The translations under genes and the position numbers were made by a program. Positions 8,998 through 18,728 of a stretch of 64,000 nt of DNA are shown here, one piece after another; position 1 is the first letter of the stretch, and every line of letters begins with the position of its first letter. The notes beneath the pieces are model-generated. The model was not told the DNA's origin. It saw only the letters and a list, made by a program, of their open reading frames with translations, and searched no databases. Source of the DNA: Opitutales bacterium (lineage in GTDB: Bacteria > Verrucomicrobiota > Verrucomicrobiia > Opitutales > UBA2995); assembly GCA_964291575.2 (NCBI GenBank), contig OZ219850.1, positions 170,808 through 234,807 of the forward strand, given 5' to 3'.

Positions 8998-11900
8998 ATG
9001 AACGCTAAAAATTACAAATGGTTTAAGAGGATCGCTGCTGTCCTATCTCTTGGTTTAGCAGGAACGTTGCTTCCAGTGTCCGCCCAGGACTCTGAAGACG
9101 AGGAGGACATATACACCATTTCTCCGTTCACGGTAATCGAAGAGGAGGGGGTTGGCTATCTGGCGCGGTCCTCCCTGGCCGGAACACGCTTGAACACTCC
9201 CTTGAGAGATATCGCTGCCACTGTCAGCGTAATCACGCAGGAGTTCCTGGAGGATACCGGTTCCTCGGACCTGCAGGAGTTGCTCGTATACACTACAGGC
9301 ACGGAAATCGTAGGAATTGGTGGTAACTTTGCCAACCCGGACAGCACCAATGTGGTCTCGGGTATTCAGGAGCAAAATTACAGGGATCCGATTCGCAGCA
9401 CCCGGGTGCGGGGTCTTGCTGCGGCTGACCTGACCCGGAATTACTTCTCGACCATTATTGCCATGGATTCCTACAACACCAGTCGTGTAGTTATCAACCG
9501 TGGTGCGAATGCGACCCTCTTTGGTTTGGGAAGTCCGGCTGGTATAATCAACAATCAGACGGTTAATCCGCTATTTTCAGATCACGGGGAAGTTTCCTTT
9601 CAAGTCGGGAGTTATGGCTCGCATCGATCGGAACTGGATGTTGAACGGGTGCTCGTGGAAGACAAACTGTCCCTCCGGGTTGCAATCCTGAACGAGGAAA
9701 AATTCTACCAGCAGGAACCTGCATTCGAGCACGATAAGAGGATTTATGGCGTAACTGAATGGCGTCCTTTGGAGAACACCACTCTCCGGGCATCATTCGA
9801 GTCCGGTTCCATAACGGCAAACCGGCCTCGCACGCTACCTCCGCAGGATTTGGTGAGTAACTGGTTCCTTCCAGGTCCGGAGGGCACTCCCAAGCCGACG
9901 CATAATCCTTGGCAAGGAGGCGGCACCAACTACAAACGCCCGAGCGCTTACATCCCGGATAATCCTGATACTCCCTTTGAATTTGATGCGGGTGGTTTGA
10001 GAATCGTAGGTGGTAACGAATGGAGAAATCCTTCTCTCCCCAATTACTTTGGTTTTGGAGGCTATACTTTTGAGCCCGTTGTCGTTTATTCCAGCCCGAA
10101 TCTTGCCGTCCCCGATGGATCGGGTCTCGGCGTCCAGGGCACGGTATTTATTCAACCGGGAGGCAACCGGGGCGCTGATTTTTCCAACGGAGCAATCGCC
10201 CAGTCTTTTGCCACCATGCGGGGAACGGCGGAGAATCTGGGAACTATTACAGAATTCAAGCCGGATGTCCTGGACCAGAACGGTAATTCCAAAGCGGCTA
10301 CGAGAGGTTTCTATACCAACGCGGTCGTTCAGGATACGACTTTCTTTGATTTCCAAAATCTGCTCATAGACGGGCCCAACAAGAGTGAGCTGGAGTGGTT
10401 CGATTCCTTCAATCTCTCCCTGGAGCAAACCTGGTTGGACGGCGATGCCGGTGTATCCTATCAAATGAACAAGGAAGATTACCGAAGCGACTTTGACGCG
10501 AAGTTGTCTATCGGATCCCGATTCCAGGGTTTGGGCATCGACCTGAATACCCATACCAGGTGGGGGGCTCCCAATCCCAATTTCGGGCGCGTATGGATTT
10601 CCGGAAGCCGGGGATTCATCAATACCAAGGACCAATCTTTGGAAAACCACCGTCTCACCGGTTTCTACAAGTTTGATTTCGAGGATGTTGGTGATAATGA
10701 CGGCTGGCTGGGCAAAATTCTGGGCAGTCACACCATCACCGGTCTTTGGGAAGATGCGAATGACAATTCCACGTCGATTGCCTACTATCAGCCGATTTTC
10801 GATGCCAGGTTTCGAACCATTGGCGATGGTGTCCGGGCAAATTTGTCTCCACCTGTGGACCGTGGGGTAGGTTCCTATGGAATGGCCAATCTTGTTTACG
10901 TGTCCGATAGCCTGGCCAATGCCACCAGTTCCGCCGGCGCCAATATATCCAATTGGAAAACCAAATTTGACATTCAGGACGAGTACACGCTCCGTTATCT
11001 CGATTACCCTTCCGGGTCCTATAAAGACGGTACTTTCAGAGTGGAAGAACGTGTTGCCGGGTCGCCATCTCAGAATAACAATACGGTCAAGCAGGATATC
11101 AACATCGATAGTAAGGCCCTCATATTACAGAGCCGGTTTCTCGACGATCACATTGTAGCCAACTACGGCTACCGCGAGGATGACGTGGAGGTATTTACCA
11201 ACGATGCTGCACCTCGCAATACGGATGGCAGCAGAAATGTAACCGATAGCGCCTGGAAGTTGCCGACTTCACCTACTTTCGCATCTTCGACCGATGCGAC
11301 CAATTGGGGTGTCGTGGTACACGTGCCGGACGCATGGATGGAAAGCCTTGGAGGATTGGGGTTGAGTTTTCACTACGCTCAATCCGAAAACGGGCAGATT
11401 GGTGTAGAACGGATCAACCTGAGAGGGGAAAATCTTCCGCCTGTAAGTGGAGAAACTACCGAGTACGGCATTACCATCGAGGTCAATGACTGGCTAAGCC
11501 TCCGGTATAACGAGTACGAGACCCTGCAGCTTAGTGAGACCAGCATAGGCTTGACCCAAAGTTTCAGGCCCCTGATCCAGCTTTACGGCGACTACACCAG
11601 CCCAAGGCACAGGGAAGAGATTGTTGAATTAGTGAAAGCGCAACCGGAAGCATGGCCATTGGCTGCCGGTGACCCGGACGATTTTCTCAACTTCATGCCG
11701 TTTGATTCACCCTTGGGACAAGAGGTAAAGACCACGATAAACTCCCGTTTGGATGCAGCTGGTTATAACATCGATAACATCCCCGCCGGTTTTGCCGTAA
11801 CAAGCGACTTGTTGTCGGAAGGTAAGGAAATCGAGGCGGTAGCCAATATAACCAACAATTGGCGGGTTATGGTCAATATTGCGCAACAGGAGGTTGCTTC

Positions 11901-12474
11901 CACAAATTCAGGTCCCCTGTTCAAGCAGTGGATCGATGGTGAAGTGAATCCCAACTTGCAACGCTTTGGTGATTTCCCAACGAGTGGGACCGGAACTGAG
12001 ACGATCAATAATTGGCTTACCCGAAATGCTATCGTAGCCATCAACCGGGAGCTTGCCCAGGATGGCGCGAAAAGGACCAACGAAATTCGCGAGTGGCGCT
12101 GGAACCTGGTGACCAATTACACATTCGACCAGAATTCCACCATGGCCGGTTGGAATGTCGGGGGCGCCTACCGCTGGCAGGATGAAGTGGGCATCGGACG
12201 GCCAATTATCGTTGTCGACGGCGCCTTTTCTCCCGACTTGGCCAATCCCTGGTTTGGTCCCACCGAAGACAGGCTTGACGCCTGGATTGGTTGGGAGACC
12301 GAGATGAGCACATTCCTGGGTGACCGCAACATATTCAGGGTTCAGCTCAATGTGCGCAACCTGCTGGACAAAACGGATCCGATTCCGGTGGTCGCCGACC
12401 CCGATGGAGGCATTCCGGTAATCCGCATTCCAGACGAACGCACCTTCGAATTGCGCGCTTCGCTCCGGTTTTAA
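8998..12474 (+). CDS. TonB-dependent outer-membrane receptor (large, 1158 aa)
   Basis: Signal peptide ending PVSAQ. Acidic linker plus a TonB-box-like region IYTISPFTVIEE. Plug region (TRLNTPLRDIAATVSVITQEFL). C-terminal beta-barrel ending in aromatic ...RASLRF. Confidence 0.9.
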   Translation: MNAKNYKWFKRIAAVLSLGLAGTLLPVSAQDSEDEEDIYTISPFTVIEEEGVGYLARSSLAGTRLNTPLRDIAATVSVITQEFLEDTGSSDLQELLVYTTGTEIVGIGGNFANPDSTNVVSGIQEQNYRDPIRSTRVRGLAAADLTRNYFSTIIAMDSYNTSRVVINRGANATLFGLGSPAGIINNQTVNPLFSDHGEVSFQVGSYGSHRSELDVERVLVEDKLSLRVAILNEEKFYQQEPAFEHDKRIYGVTEWRPLENTTLRASFESGSITANRPRTLPPQDLVSNWFLPGPEGTPKPTHNPWQGGGTNYKRPSAYIPDNPDTPFEFDAGGLRIVGGNEWRNPSLPNYFGFGGYTFEPVVVYSSPNLAVPDGSGLGVQGTVFIQPGGNRGADFSNGAIAQSFATMRGTAENLGTITEFKPDVLDQNGNSKAATRGFYTNAVVQDTTFFDFQNLLIDGPNKSELEWFDSFNLSLEQTWLDGDAGVSYQMNKEDYRSDFDAKLSIGSRFQGLGIDLNTHTRWGAPNPNFGRVWISGSRGFINTKDQSLENHRLTGFYKFDFEDVGDNDGWLGKILGSHTITGLWEDANDNSTSIAYYQPIFDARFRTIGDGVRANLSPPVDRGVGSYGMANLVYVSDSLANATSSAGANISNWKTKFDIQDEYTLRYLDYPSGSYKDGTFRVEERVAGSPSQNNNTVKQDINIDSKALILQSRFLDDHIVANYGYREDDVEVFTNDAAPRNTDGSRNVTDSAWKLPTSPTFASSTDATNWGVVVHVPDAWMESLGGLGLSFHYAQSENGQIGVERINLRGENLPPVSGETTEYGITIEVNDWLSLRYNEYETLQLSETSIGLTQSFRPLIQLYGDYTSPRHREEIVELVKAQPEAWPLAAGDPDDFLNFMPFDSPLGQEVKTTINSRLDAAGYNIDNIPAGFAVTSDLLSEGKEIEAVANITNNWRVMVNIAQQEVASTNSGPLFKQWIDGEVNPNLQRFGDFPTSGTGTETINNWLTRNAIVAINRELAQDGAKRTNEIREWRWNLVTNYTFDQNSTMAGWNVGGAYRWQDEVGIGRPIIVVDGAFSPDLANPWFGPTEDRLDAWIGWETEMSTFLGDRNIFRVQLNVRNLLDKTDPIPVVADPDGGIPVIRIPDERTFELRASLRF

Positions 12475-12498
12475 TTGATCCAAGTAATTTTATTCACA

Positions 12499-12533
12499 AG
12501 CCGGGGAGTCAGAAATGATTCCTCGGCTTTTTT
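12499..12533 (+). terminator. Rho-independent terminator after the TonB receptor gene
   Basis: AGCCGGGGA, a 12-nt loop, then TCCTCGGCT (9-bp stem with one G-U) followed by TTTTTT. It starts 25 nt after the stop codon. Confidence 0.6.
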
Positions 12534-12557
12534 CACACCAGGCAGGGAAACCAGAAT

Positions 12558-12860
12558 ATGGCAGGGAACGATTTGGTCATAACCTTGGTTAGCTGTTTGG
12601 TTTTTATGGCATTGGTGGGATGCCTGACTGCGGCCGAGCCAGAGACTGATCCTGTTACCAAACTCATCAAAGCAGAAAATTGGGAACTGGTCAGCGCCAA
12701 CTGCATGGCTTGTCACTCAACCAAGGGATTTACGCAGGTTGGTCAAGACCGCGCGAATTGGGAGAGGACGATCCGGGATATGCAAAAGAAGCATGGCTTA
12801 TGGCCGTTGGGTGACATGGAGCCGAAGATTCCGGATTACTTGGAGAAAAATTATGGCTAA
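12558..12860 (+). CDS. small lipoprotein with a single CxxCH haem-binding motif (c-type cytochrome-like)
   Basis: 100 aa. Lipobox LVGC. ANCMACHS motif. Confidence 0.6.
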   Translation: MAGNDLVITLVSCLVFMALVGCLTAAEPETDPVTKLIKAENWELVSANCMACHSTKGFTQVGQDRANWERTIRDMQKKHGLWPLGDMEPKIPDYLEKNYG

Positions 12861-12865
12861 CCAGA

Positions 12866-13088
12866 AGTCAGCCGGTTTGGATGAGGTATCACGGCAGGAA
12901 GGCCTGCTACTTTGTCCGGAAGGAGCAGCCACCTATGCTGCCTATAAAACCTCGTTGGAAAAGGCCTTATTTCCGACAGTGACCAGGTTGTTCTCTATAA
13001 TTGTGCAACGGGGTTAAAATACGAAATGCCCCCTGCGGAAGCTACTTTGGACTGCACCCAACCCATTGATTACGAAGCCTTGAAATAA
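12866..13088 (+). pseudogene. C-terminal remnant of a PLP-dependent threonine-synthase/TrpB-like enzyme, frameshifted
   Basis: EGLLLCPEGAATYAAYKTSLEK continues in another frame as GLISDSDQVVLYNCATGLKYEMPP...EALK* . The shift is at the A-run 12959-12962. The N-terminal ~350 aa are absent. Confidence 0.55.
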
Positions 13089-13091
13089 ATT

Positions 13092-14072
13092 ATGTCTCGC
13101 ATCCTTGTTACCGAAGCCGTAACCGGTCATGCCATGGACCGCCTTCGAGAAGAAGCGGATCTGGATGTGGTGTTCGAACCCGATATCTGGAAAGATGCTA
13201 CCGCCCTGGCCGAGGCAGTGAAAGATGCTGAAGCCATCATTGTACGCAATCAAACACAGGTGACTGCCGAACTGATTGCGGCGGCACCTAAGCTAAAGAT
13301 TGTTGCACGTGCTGGAGCAGGTCTTGACAACATAGATACCGACGCAGCCACTGAAGCAGGAGTGGTGGTAAGTTATGCTCCCAGCGAAAATTCTCTTTCG
13401 GTTGCCGAACTTGCAATCGGTATGTTTCTTTCTTTGGCCAGGAATATTCCTCGTGCAAATGAAGATATCCGGGATGGAAATTGGAATCGGGCTTTGTTTA
13501 CCGGAAGTGAGCTTTCCGGAAAAACGCTCGGTGTGGTTGGTATTGGCCGCATCGGTACATTAGTCGCGCAACGGGCAAAAGCCTTCGGCATGACCCTCAT
13601 CGCTCACGATAAATTCGTAGATCAAACCGCATCGCGCTATACGGAATTGGATGTTTCATTTGTCGAACTGGATGAACTGTTGGGCGCCTCTGATTTTGTT
13701 ACCATTCATTTGCCGCTACTGCCGGAGACGCGGGAGTTATTCAATGAAGCCAGATTGACTCAAATGAAGCCCACGGCTTTTCTGGTCAACACCTCACGCG
13801 GTGAAGTAGTCGATGAAGCTGCCCTCATGCGTGCTCTTGAAAATGGTATGATCGCGGGTGCAGCCTTGGATGTGAGGGCTACCGAACCGCCCCCTGAAGG
13901 GGATGCGATTGTAAACTCCAAGCTGGTTGTTCTCACTCCCCATATCGCTGCCTTTACGCATGAGGCCCAGGAACGAGTCGTCGAATCGGTCTGTCGAGAC
14001 GCCTCTGCAGTTCTCCGGGGTGGGGCTGCTGAAGGATACTTCAACTTTCCGCAACCTAAACCTAAACGCTGA
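13092..14072 (+). CDS. D-isomer-specific 2-hydroxyacid dehydrogenase (phosphoglycerate dehydrogenase-like, no ACT domain)
   Basis: 326 aa. NAD-binding [21 protein letters not shown]. Catalytic region [13 protein letters not shown]...LDV...TPHIAAFT. Confidence 0.85.
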   Translation: MSRILVTEAVTGHAMDRLREEADLDVVFEPDIWKDATALAEAVKDAEAIIVRNQTQVTAELIAAAPKLKIVARAGAGLDNIDTDAATEAGVVVSYAPSENSLSVAELAIGMFLSLARNIPRANEDIRDGNWNRALFTGSELSGKTLGVVGIGRIGTLVAQRAKAFGMTLIAHDKFVDQTASRYTELDVSFVELDELLGASDFVTIHLPLLPETRELFNEARLTQMKPTAFLVNTSRGEVVDEAALMRALENGMIAGAALDVRATEPPPEGDAIVNSKLVVLTPHIAAFTHEAQERVVESVCRDASAVLRGGAAEGYFNFPQPKPKR

Positions 14073-14358
14073 ATTCCATGTGCGCTCAATCGAATCGGCA
14101 GTATGTGGAAGCTTTTGTTTGTTGATCAGTTGGAAGGTAAGCCGGTCGATTGCGCAACTGCGGAGCAAGGGCTATGGGCGGTTGCGGCTTAGCGTTCGAT
14201 TTCTTTTGGGTTGAGCATTGGTTTCATCGGAAAACTCTACTTAATGCGCCAATAGCGATGATCGTATACTGCCCCGCATTATTTCCAAATTATCACCCGT
14301 CCGGATTGTTTGGTTTGCCCAATTAGGCGCGTTGCCGGGAATACTGTGACGGATTGTC

Positions 14359-14626
14359 GTAACTACCCAGGTATCTCAATCTATGGTCCGCAAGGATGTG
14401 ATTACCATATTACGAAACTGTAGGAGGGGGTTTATCCCGCGATTGCTAGGAGGCCGTTCAGAGAGATCGCGGCATAAAGCCGCTCCTACAGCTCTCCAAG
14501 TCGTTGATTTTTCCATCATTCCATCACTCCATTACTCCCTCCCCCAATCTTTGCGTCCTTTGCCTCTTGGCGTCTTTGCGAGAGACTCCTCTTCACAGGC
14601 CAAGCTATGGAGACCTGAGTAGTTAC
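14359..14626. mobile_element. MITE-like non-autonomous element, copy 1 (268 bp)
   Basis: Terminal inverted repeats GTAACTACCCAGGT...ACCTGAGTAGTTAC. Flanked by a perfect 8-bp direct repeat GGATTGTC (14351-14358 and 14627-14634). Internal long hairpin CTGTAGGAGGGGGTTTATCCC.... Confidence 0.8.
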
Positions 14627-14716
14627 GGATTGTCTTGCTTTATCAAGTCCAATCCGAAAGGATGGACTTCATCAATCGACCGTCAAGCGAAAGTTATAAT
14701 TCCCAATCGTTTTCAC

Positions 14717-15841
14717 ATGGTCCTGCAAGCTGACACGGTTTATAAGAAAATGGAGTTGAGGAAAAATCTGCTTCTCCAGGAGATTTTTCAAAATGGTCCG
14801 ATTGGCCGCAGTGAGTTGGGCAGGAATCTAAGAATGAGCAAATCGCGTCTCTGCGAAGTGGTTCTCGAAATGATCGACGTAGGATTGATCACGGAAGACC
14901 TCGAAGGCACAGAACGAAGAGGTCGGCGCCCGGTTCCGTTAAGCACTAATCCCGACTACGGCTGCTTTATCGGTCTGGACTTCGAAGCCAAACGAATGCG
15001 GGTAGTGGTGGTTGATTTTTCGGGCCAAGTACTTTTTCAAAAACAACAAAAGCTAAAGGCGATAAAGAGAAGAAATTCATTAATCAACAAACTCTTGGCC
15101 TTTATTGACGAAGGGACGAAAGCCGCAAAAAAATCCAAGGCTAAAATCCTGGGTATTGGCATCGCTGCACCGGGAACCATCCACAGAAAAACAGGGACTT
15201 TGGTTCATCACGATTTAATCGAGGCAGCCCATAATATTCCCCTTCGCCAGTTGGTGGAAGCCCACACCGGATTACCCTGTGTAGTCGAAAATAATATCCG
15301 GTGTTACGCATTAAGGGAATGGAGTTCGGGAGCAGCGAAAAATATGTCCAACTTTGTATTTATCGCCGTGCGTAGTGGCTTCGGCCTGGCTATTATGGCG
15401 GACGGAAAGGCCTTGAATGGCAGTCATGGACTATCAGGAGAAGCAGGCTCTGCTCCCGCACCGAGCAACGCGCCCGTTTCTCAATGGAAGACATTAAATG
15501 ATTTGGTCTCAGAGAAAGCCTTGAATGTGGAATCGGAGGAAAATGCAATCGACATACCCAGGGCAAAAGCCAAACCAGCCGGTGAAATCCTGGGTGCAAT
15601 GACAGCAACTTTAGCCACCTTGCTTGATCCTCAAGCCATTGTATTGGCTGGTGCACTACTGAAGCCGGAGGGGCCTCTCTGGAACACGGTTAACCAAACT
15701 TACAACCGTTTTATGTTGGCTGATGTAAAGGACGGAGTGCAACTGATTCCCTCGGAGGTGGGCCCATTCGCAGCTGCGATCGGCGCCACTCAAAGGTGTT
15801 TTCAGGAACTCTACTCAACCCGTCTAAACCTGGAAACATAG
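14717..15841 (+). CDS. ROK-family transcriptional regulator (NagC/XylR-like)
   Basis: N-terminal wHTH (NLLLQEIFQNGPIGRSELGRNLRMSKSRLCEVV) plus a ROK sugar-kinase-like fold. The track ORF start at 14504 lies inside the MITE. ATG 14717 or 14750 is more plausible. Confidence 0.8.
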   Translation: MVLQADTVYKKMELRKNLLLQEIFQNGPIGRSELGRNLRMSKSRLCEVVLEMIDVGLITEDLEGTERRGRRPVPLSTNPDYGCFIGLDFEAKRMRVVVVDFSGQVLFQKQQKLKAIKRRNSLINKLLAFIDEGTKAAKKSKAKILGIGIAAPGTIHRKTGTLVHHDLIEAAHNIPLRQLVEAHTGLPCVVENNIRCYALREWSSGAAKNMSNFVFIAVRSGFGLAIMADGKALNGSHGLSGEAGSAPAPSNAPVSQWKTLNDLVSEKALNVESEENAIDIPRAKAKPAGEILGAMTATLATLLDPQAIVLAGALLKPEGPLWNTVNQTYNRFMLADVKDGVQLIPSEVGPFAAAIGATQRCFQELYSTRLNLET

Positions 15842-16236
15842 TCCTTTAGAAATTAACCTAAGTCACCTCAATACTTCCAATCGAGATCGCTGTATCCGAT
15901 TTATTCATACACTTAACCCACATATTTCATAAAATTCGTGGGCGAGCGAACGGAGGTCGAGTGCTGGTGTGGGCTTTGCGCCGATGAGGGGGTGAAGCTG
16001 GGTCGACACCCTGCAAGGTCCCGAATCAAGGGAAGTCCGCTCCAGTGCCGACATACCGGAGCGCAGTAGAAGATTTGTGTATTATGCGGGTTAAGTTCCG
16101 GAAACCAACAAACGGACGATGAAAAATCTGCAGGTTTTCGATCCTGCACACAACGCAATCTTGCGAGAAACACCTTCCTTCTTGATGTAGATCAAATTTA
16201 TCACAAGGCAGTTCAAACAGCCTTCATTTAAACTTG

Positions 16237-16262
16237 AATTCTACCGTACGGTCGGTAGAATT
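16237..16262. promoter_or_regulatory. palindrome AATTCTACC-N8-GGTAGAATT, site 2
   Basis: Perfect 9-bp arms, ending 22 nt upstream of the GH31 ATG, just downstream of the ROK regulator gene. Confidence 0.35.
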
Positions 16263-16283
16263 TTTATTTGAAAAGACACTATT

Positions 16284-18611
16284 ATGAATAAATCAATTCT
16301 TCAACTCAGTCTGCTTTTTGGGACGGCAACGCTACTTACCCTAACGGCCACTGCTCAAAGCCATTCCATGGAGGACGGGCAGGCAATCAGTAAGGACTTT
16401 TCAGTCCGCACTGCCGGACCTTTCGTGGAAATTCTGCATGCAGATGTACCTGACCCGATTCTGCGCTTCAATCCCGGTGAGGGGTTCATTTCAGCGGCAC
16501 ACGCACAAGGCGCCGTCAAGGAAGTGGTCGATTCGAGTGGATTGCCACGCCATGGTCACTACCCGCTGGATTATTCTGTCCAGGAAACCATCATCGAGCC
16601 ATTTAGCTCCACGGATGATTGGAACCTGACTCCAAAAGCCAAAGGCTTCGAAATCAGCGGGGTATTAAAAGGGACTCATTCCTATACCCTGTACAACTTT
16701 ACTGTCGATGCGGTCTCCGACCAGGAACTGCGGTTTGAGATCCGTGTGAATTCCCCGGAGGTTAACCGCCTTTATCTGGAGTTTGATTCTCCGCGCGACG
16801 AGCACATCTTTGGTTTGGGTGAACAGTTTTCATTTCTCGATCTAAAGGGACATCGAGTTCCCCTTTATGTCATGGAGAAAGGGATAGGCAGAGGCCTGGA
16901 ACCCCTTACTTCGTTTCTGGACCTGGCACCCTTTCCAGCGCTCATGGAACCTGTTGATGCGCTAGTGAAGGGAATTAAGACGGAGTCTCATTTTGGAACT
17001 CATTCCTACGGCACTTATATACCGATTCCTTATTTCCTGAGCAATAAAGGCAGAGCCCTTGTCATAGACAATTTCGAATACAGTGTTTTCGACTTCAGCG
17101 AGGACGAAAGCGCCAAGATTGAACTGTGGTCCTCTCACATGAGCGGAAGGCTATTTACGGGAGCCAATCCGAATGAAATTCTTGAAACCTACACCGCCTA
17201 TGCCGGGAGAATGCATCGGCTCCCCGAATGGATGGTGGACGGGATGATGATCGGCGCGGGTGGCGGATCGGATAACGTCAGAAAAGCCATTAAGAACGCA
17301 GTCGAAGCGTATGGAAAACACGGAGTTCCCGTTACTTCCGTGAACATCCACGACTGGCAGGGAAGAAGAACGGGAGACTTGTTCATCGCCAGCCGCCTGT
17401 GGTGGACCTTCGAACCCGATGCCGACCTCTACCCGGACTGGGAAGACATGGTCAAAGAGCTTCGTAATCAGGGCATTCGCGTAATCATCTACTACAATCC
17501 GATGATGGCCTCGGAGGCAGGTGAGCAGAAGAAGAATCTGCGCAGGGACGTTTACAAAATCGCGAAAGAGGCTGGCTACCTGGTGAAGAAACAGGACGGC
17601 TCGCCTTACATCGTATCATCCGGAATCGTGAAAGCAGGCCTGCTCGACCTCACCAATCCGGAAGCAAGAGAGTGGATGAAAGACCTCATGAAGGAACAAG
17701 TGAAAGTCGGAGTATCCGGTTGGATGGCCGATTTCGCGGAGGGCCTGCCTGCCGACGCGGTTTTGCATTCCGGTGAAGATGCTGCGACCTATCATAACCG
17801 CTATCCCGTTGAGTATGCCAAACTGAACCATGAAATACTGGAAGAATTGGGCATGGAAGATGAAATCAATTTTCATTCCCGATCCGGTTATACTTTCAGC
17901 TCCCGTTATAGCACAGGCTTTTTTACCGGAGACCAATTGAACACCTGGGATGATTATGGAGGATTCAAAACGACGGTGAACGCACTGATCAGCGGTGGAC
18001 TTTCGGGCGTTCAATTTTTTCTCTACAGCTATGGTGGGTTTTGGACCATAAAACCGGATGAAGTATTTCCACATCTTCCGCCGGAGATAACAGAACTTGT
18101 TCCCGAAGAAGTCATTCCACGCTTGCGGGCCGAAATGTCACCGGAGTTGAAAGCCAGGAGACTCGAACTCGTCGCTTTCGGAGCCTATGCATTATTAGGA
18201 CCACCGGAACCGGACGACGGAATGGGACGCTTTGCCACTATCGTGAACCAACTTGCACCTTACCGAAAACAACTGGGCACAGAAGCCACAGAGACAGGGT
18301 TGCCTCTGATACGACATCCAATGCTTCATTACCCGGATGATCCCGAAATCTATAAACTCAAGTACCACTACATGTATGGAAGCGAATTCCTTGTCCGCCC
18401 GATCGTAGATCCTGGCGTCACCAAGGTAGCCGTTTACTTGCCCGCCGGCAAATGGGTCCATCTGTTTTCGGAAAAGACATTCGGAAATGAGCAGTTTGGC
18501 AAATGGGTGGAGGTGGATGCTCCCGTCGGCGAACCCGCTGTGTTTTATAAGGCAGGCTCGGCAGTGGGCGATGAGTTGTCCAAAGAGCTCAAGTCCCGCG
18601 GCTTGTTTTGA
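16284..18611 (+). CDS. exported glycoside hydrolase family 31, YihQ-like subgroup
   Basis: Signal peptide ...LTATAQS. Nucleophile region GWMADFAEGLP. Acid/base region FFTGDQ 67 residues later. HDWQGRR...SRLWWTF segment. Confidence 0.85.
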   Translation: MNKSILQLSLLFGTATLLTLTATAQSHSMEDGQAISKDFSVRTAGPFVEILHADVPDPILRFNPGEGFISAAHAQGAVKEVVDSSGLPRHGHYPLDYSVQETIIEPFSSTDDWNLTPKAKGFEISGVLKGTHSYTLYNFTVDAVSDQELRFEIRVNSPEVNRLYLEFDSPRDEHIFGLGEQFSFLDLKGHRVPLYVMEKGIGRGLEPLTSFLDLAPFPALMEPVDALVKGIKTESHFGTHSYGTYIPIPYFLSNKGRALVIDNFEYSVFDFSEDESAKIELWSSHMSGRLFTGANPNEILETYTAYAGRMHRLPEWMVDGMMIGAGGGSDNVRKAIKNAVEAYGKHGVPVTSVNIHDWQGRRTGDLFIASRLWWTFEPDADLYPDWEDMVKELRNQGIRVIIYYNPMMASEAGEQKKNLRRDVYKIAKEAGYLVKKQDGSPYIVSSGIVKAGLLDLTNPEAREWMKDLMKEQVKVGVSGWMADFAEGLPADAVLHSGEDAATYHNRYPVEYAKLNHEILEELGMEDEINFHSRSGYTFSSRYSTGFFTGDQLNTWDDYGGFKTTVNALISGGLSGVQFFLYSYGGFWTIKPDEVFPHLPPEITELVPEEVIPRLRAEMSPELKARRLELVAFGAYALLGPPEPDDGMGRFATIVNQLAPYRKQLGTEATETGLPLIRHPMLHYPDDPEIYKLKYHYMYGSEFLVRPIVDPGVTKVAVYLPAGKWVHLFSEKTFGNEQFGKWVEVDAPVGEPAVFYKAGSAVGDELSKELKSRGLF

Positions 18612-18728
18612 GCTGCAATCGGAAGTCATTTACTATTTGGGTCAAGACAACTTAAGGGGGTTCTGGCTGCCAATTCGAATTGAACCATTCATCCGGCAAA
18701 GGATCTAAAACCACAAACAGGAGCTAAT

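Noticed and set aside
9835-10731. Long antisense or out-of-frame ORFs inside clear genes (for example 9835..10731, 11908..12483, 32405..33781, 29083..29955, 41521..42615, 34310..35017, 59011..59661, 59977..60867, 61985..62626, 53202..53939, 48570..49277).
   Set aside because: They are shadow ORFs of strongly supported CDSs on the other strand or frame, with no recognisable motifs.
14504-14716. N-terminal extensions proposed by the track for the ROK regulator (also 26216-26389, 42607-42801, 49293-49361, 55266-55370, 62642-62755, 60943-60984).
   Set aside because: The extensions run through MITE or word repeats and often start at TTG/GTG. Internal starts give canonical N-termini or signal peptides.
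15945-16085. GC-rich ~140-nt patch between the ROK gene and GH31 containing AAGGGAAGTCCGCTCC, reminiscent of the RNase P P4 region or a riboswitch.
   Set aside because: It is far too short for RNase P, and I cannot place the other conserved elements of any Rfam family by eye. It remains unassigned and needs cmscan.
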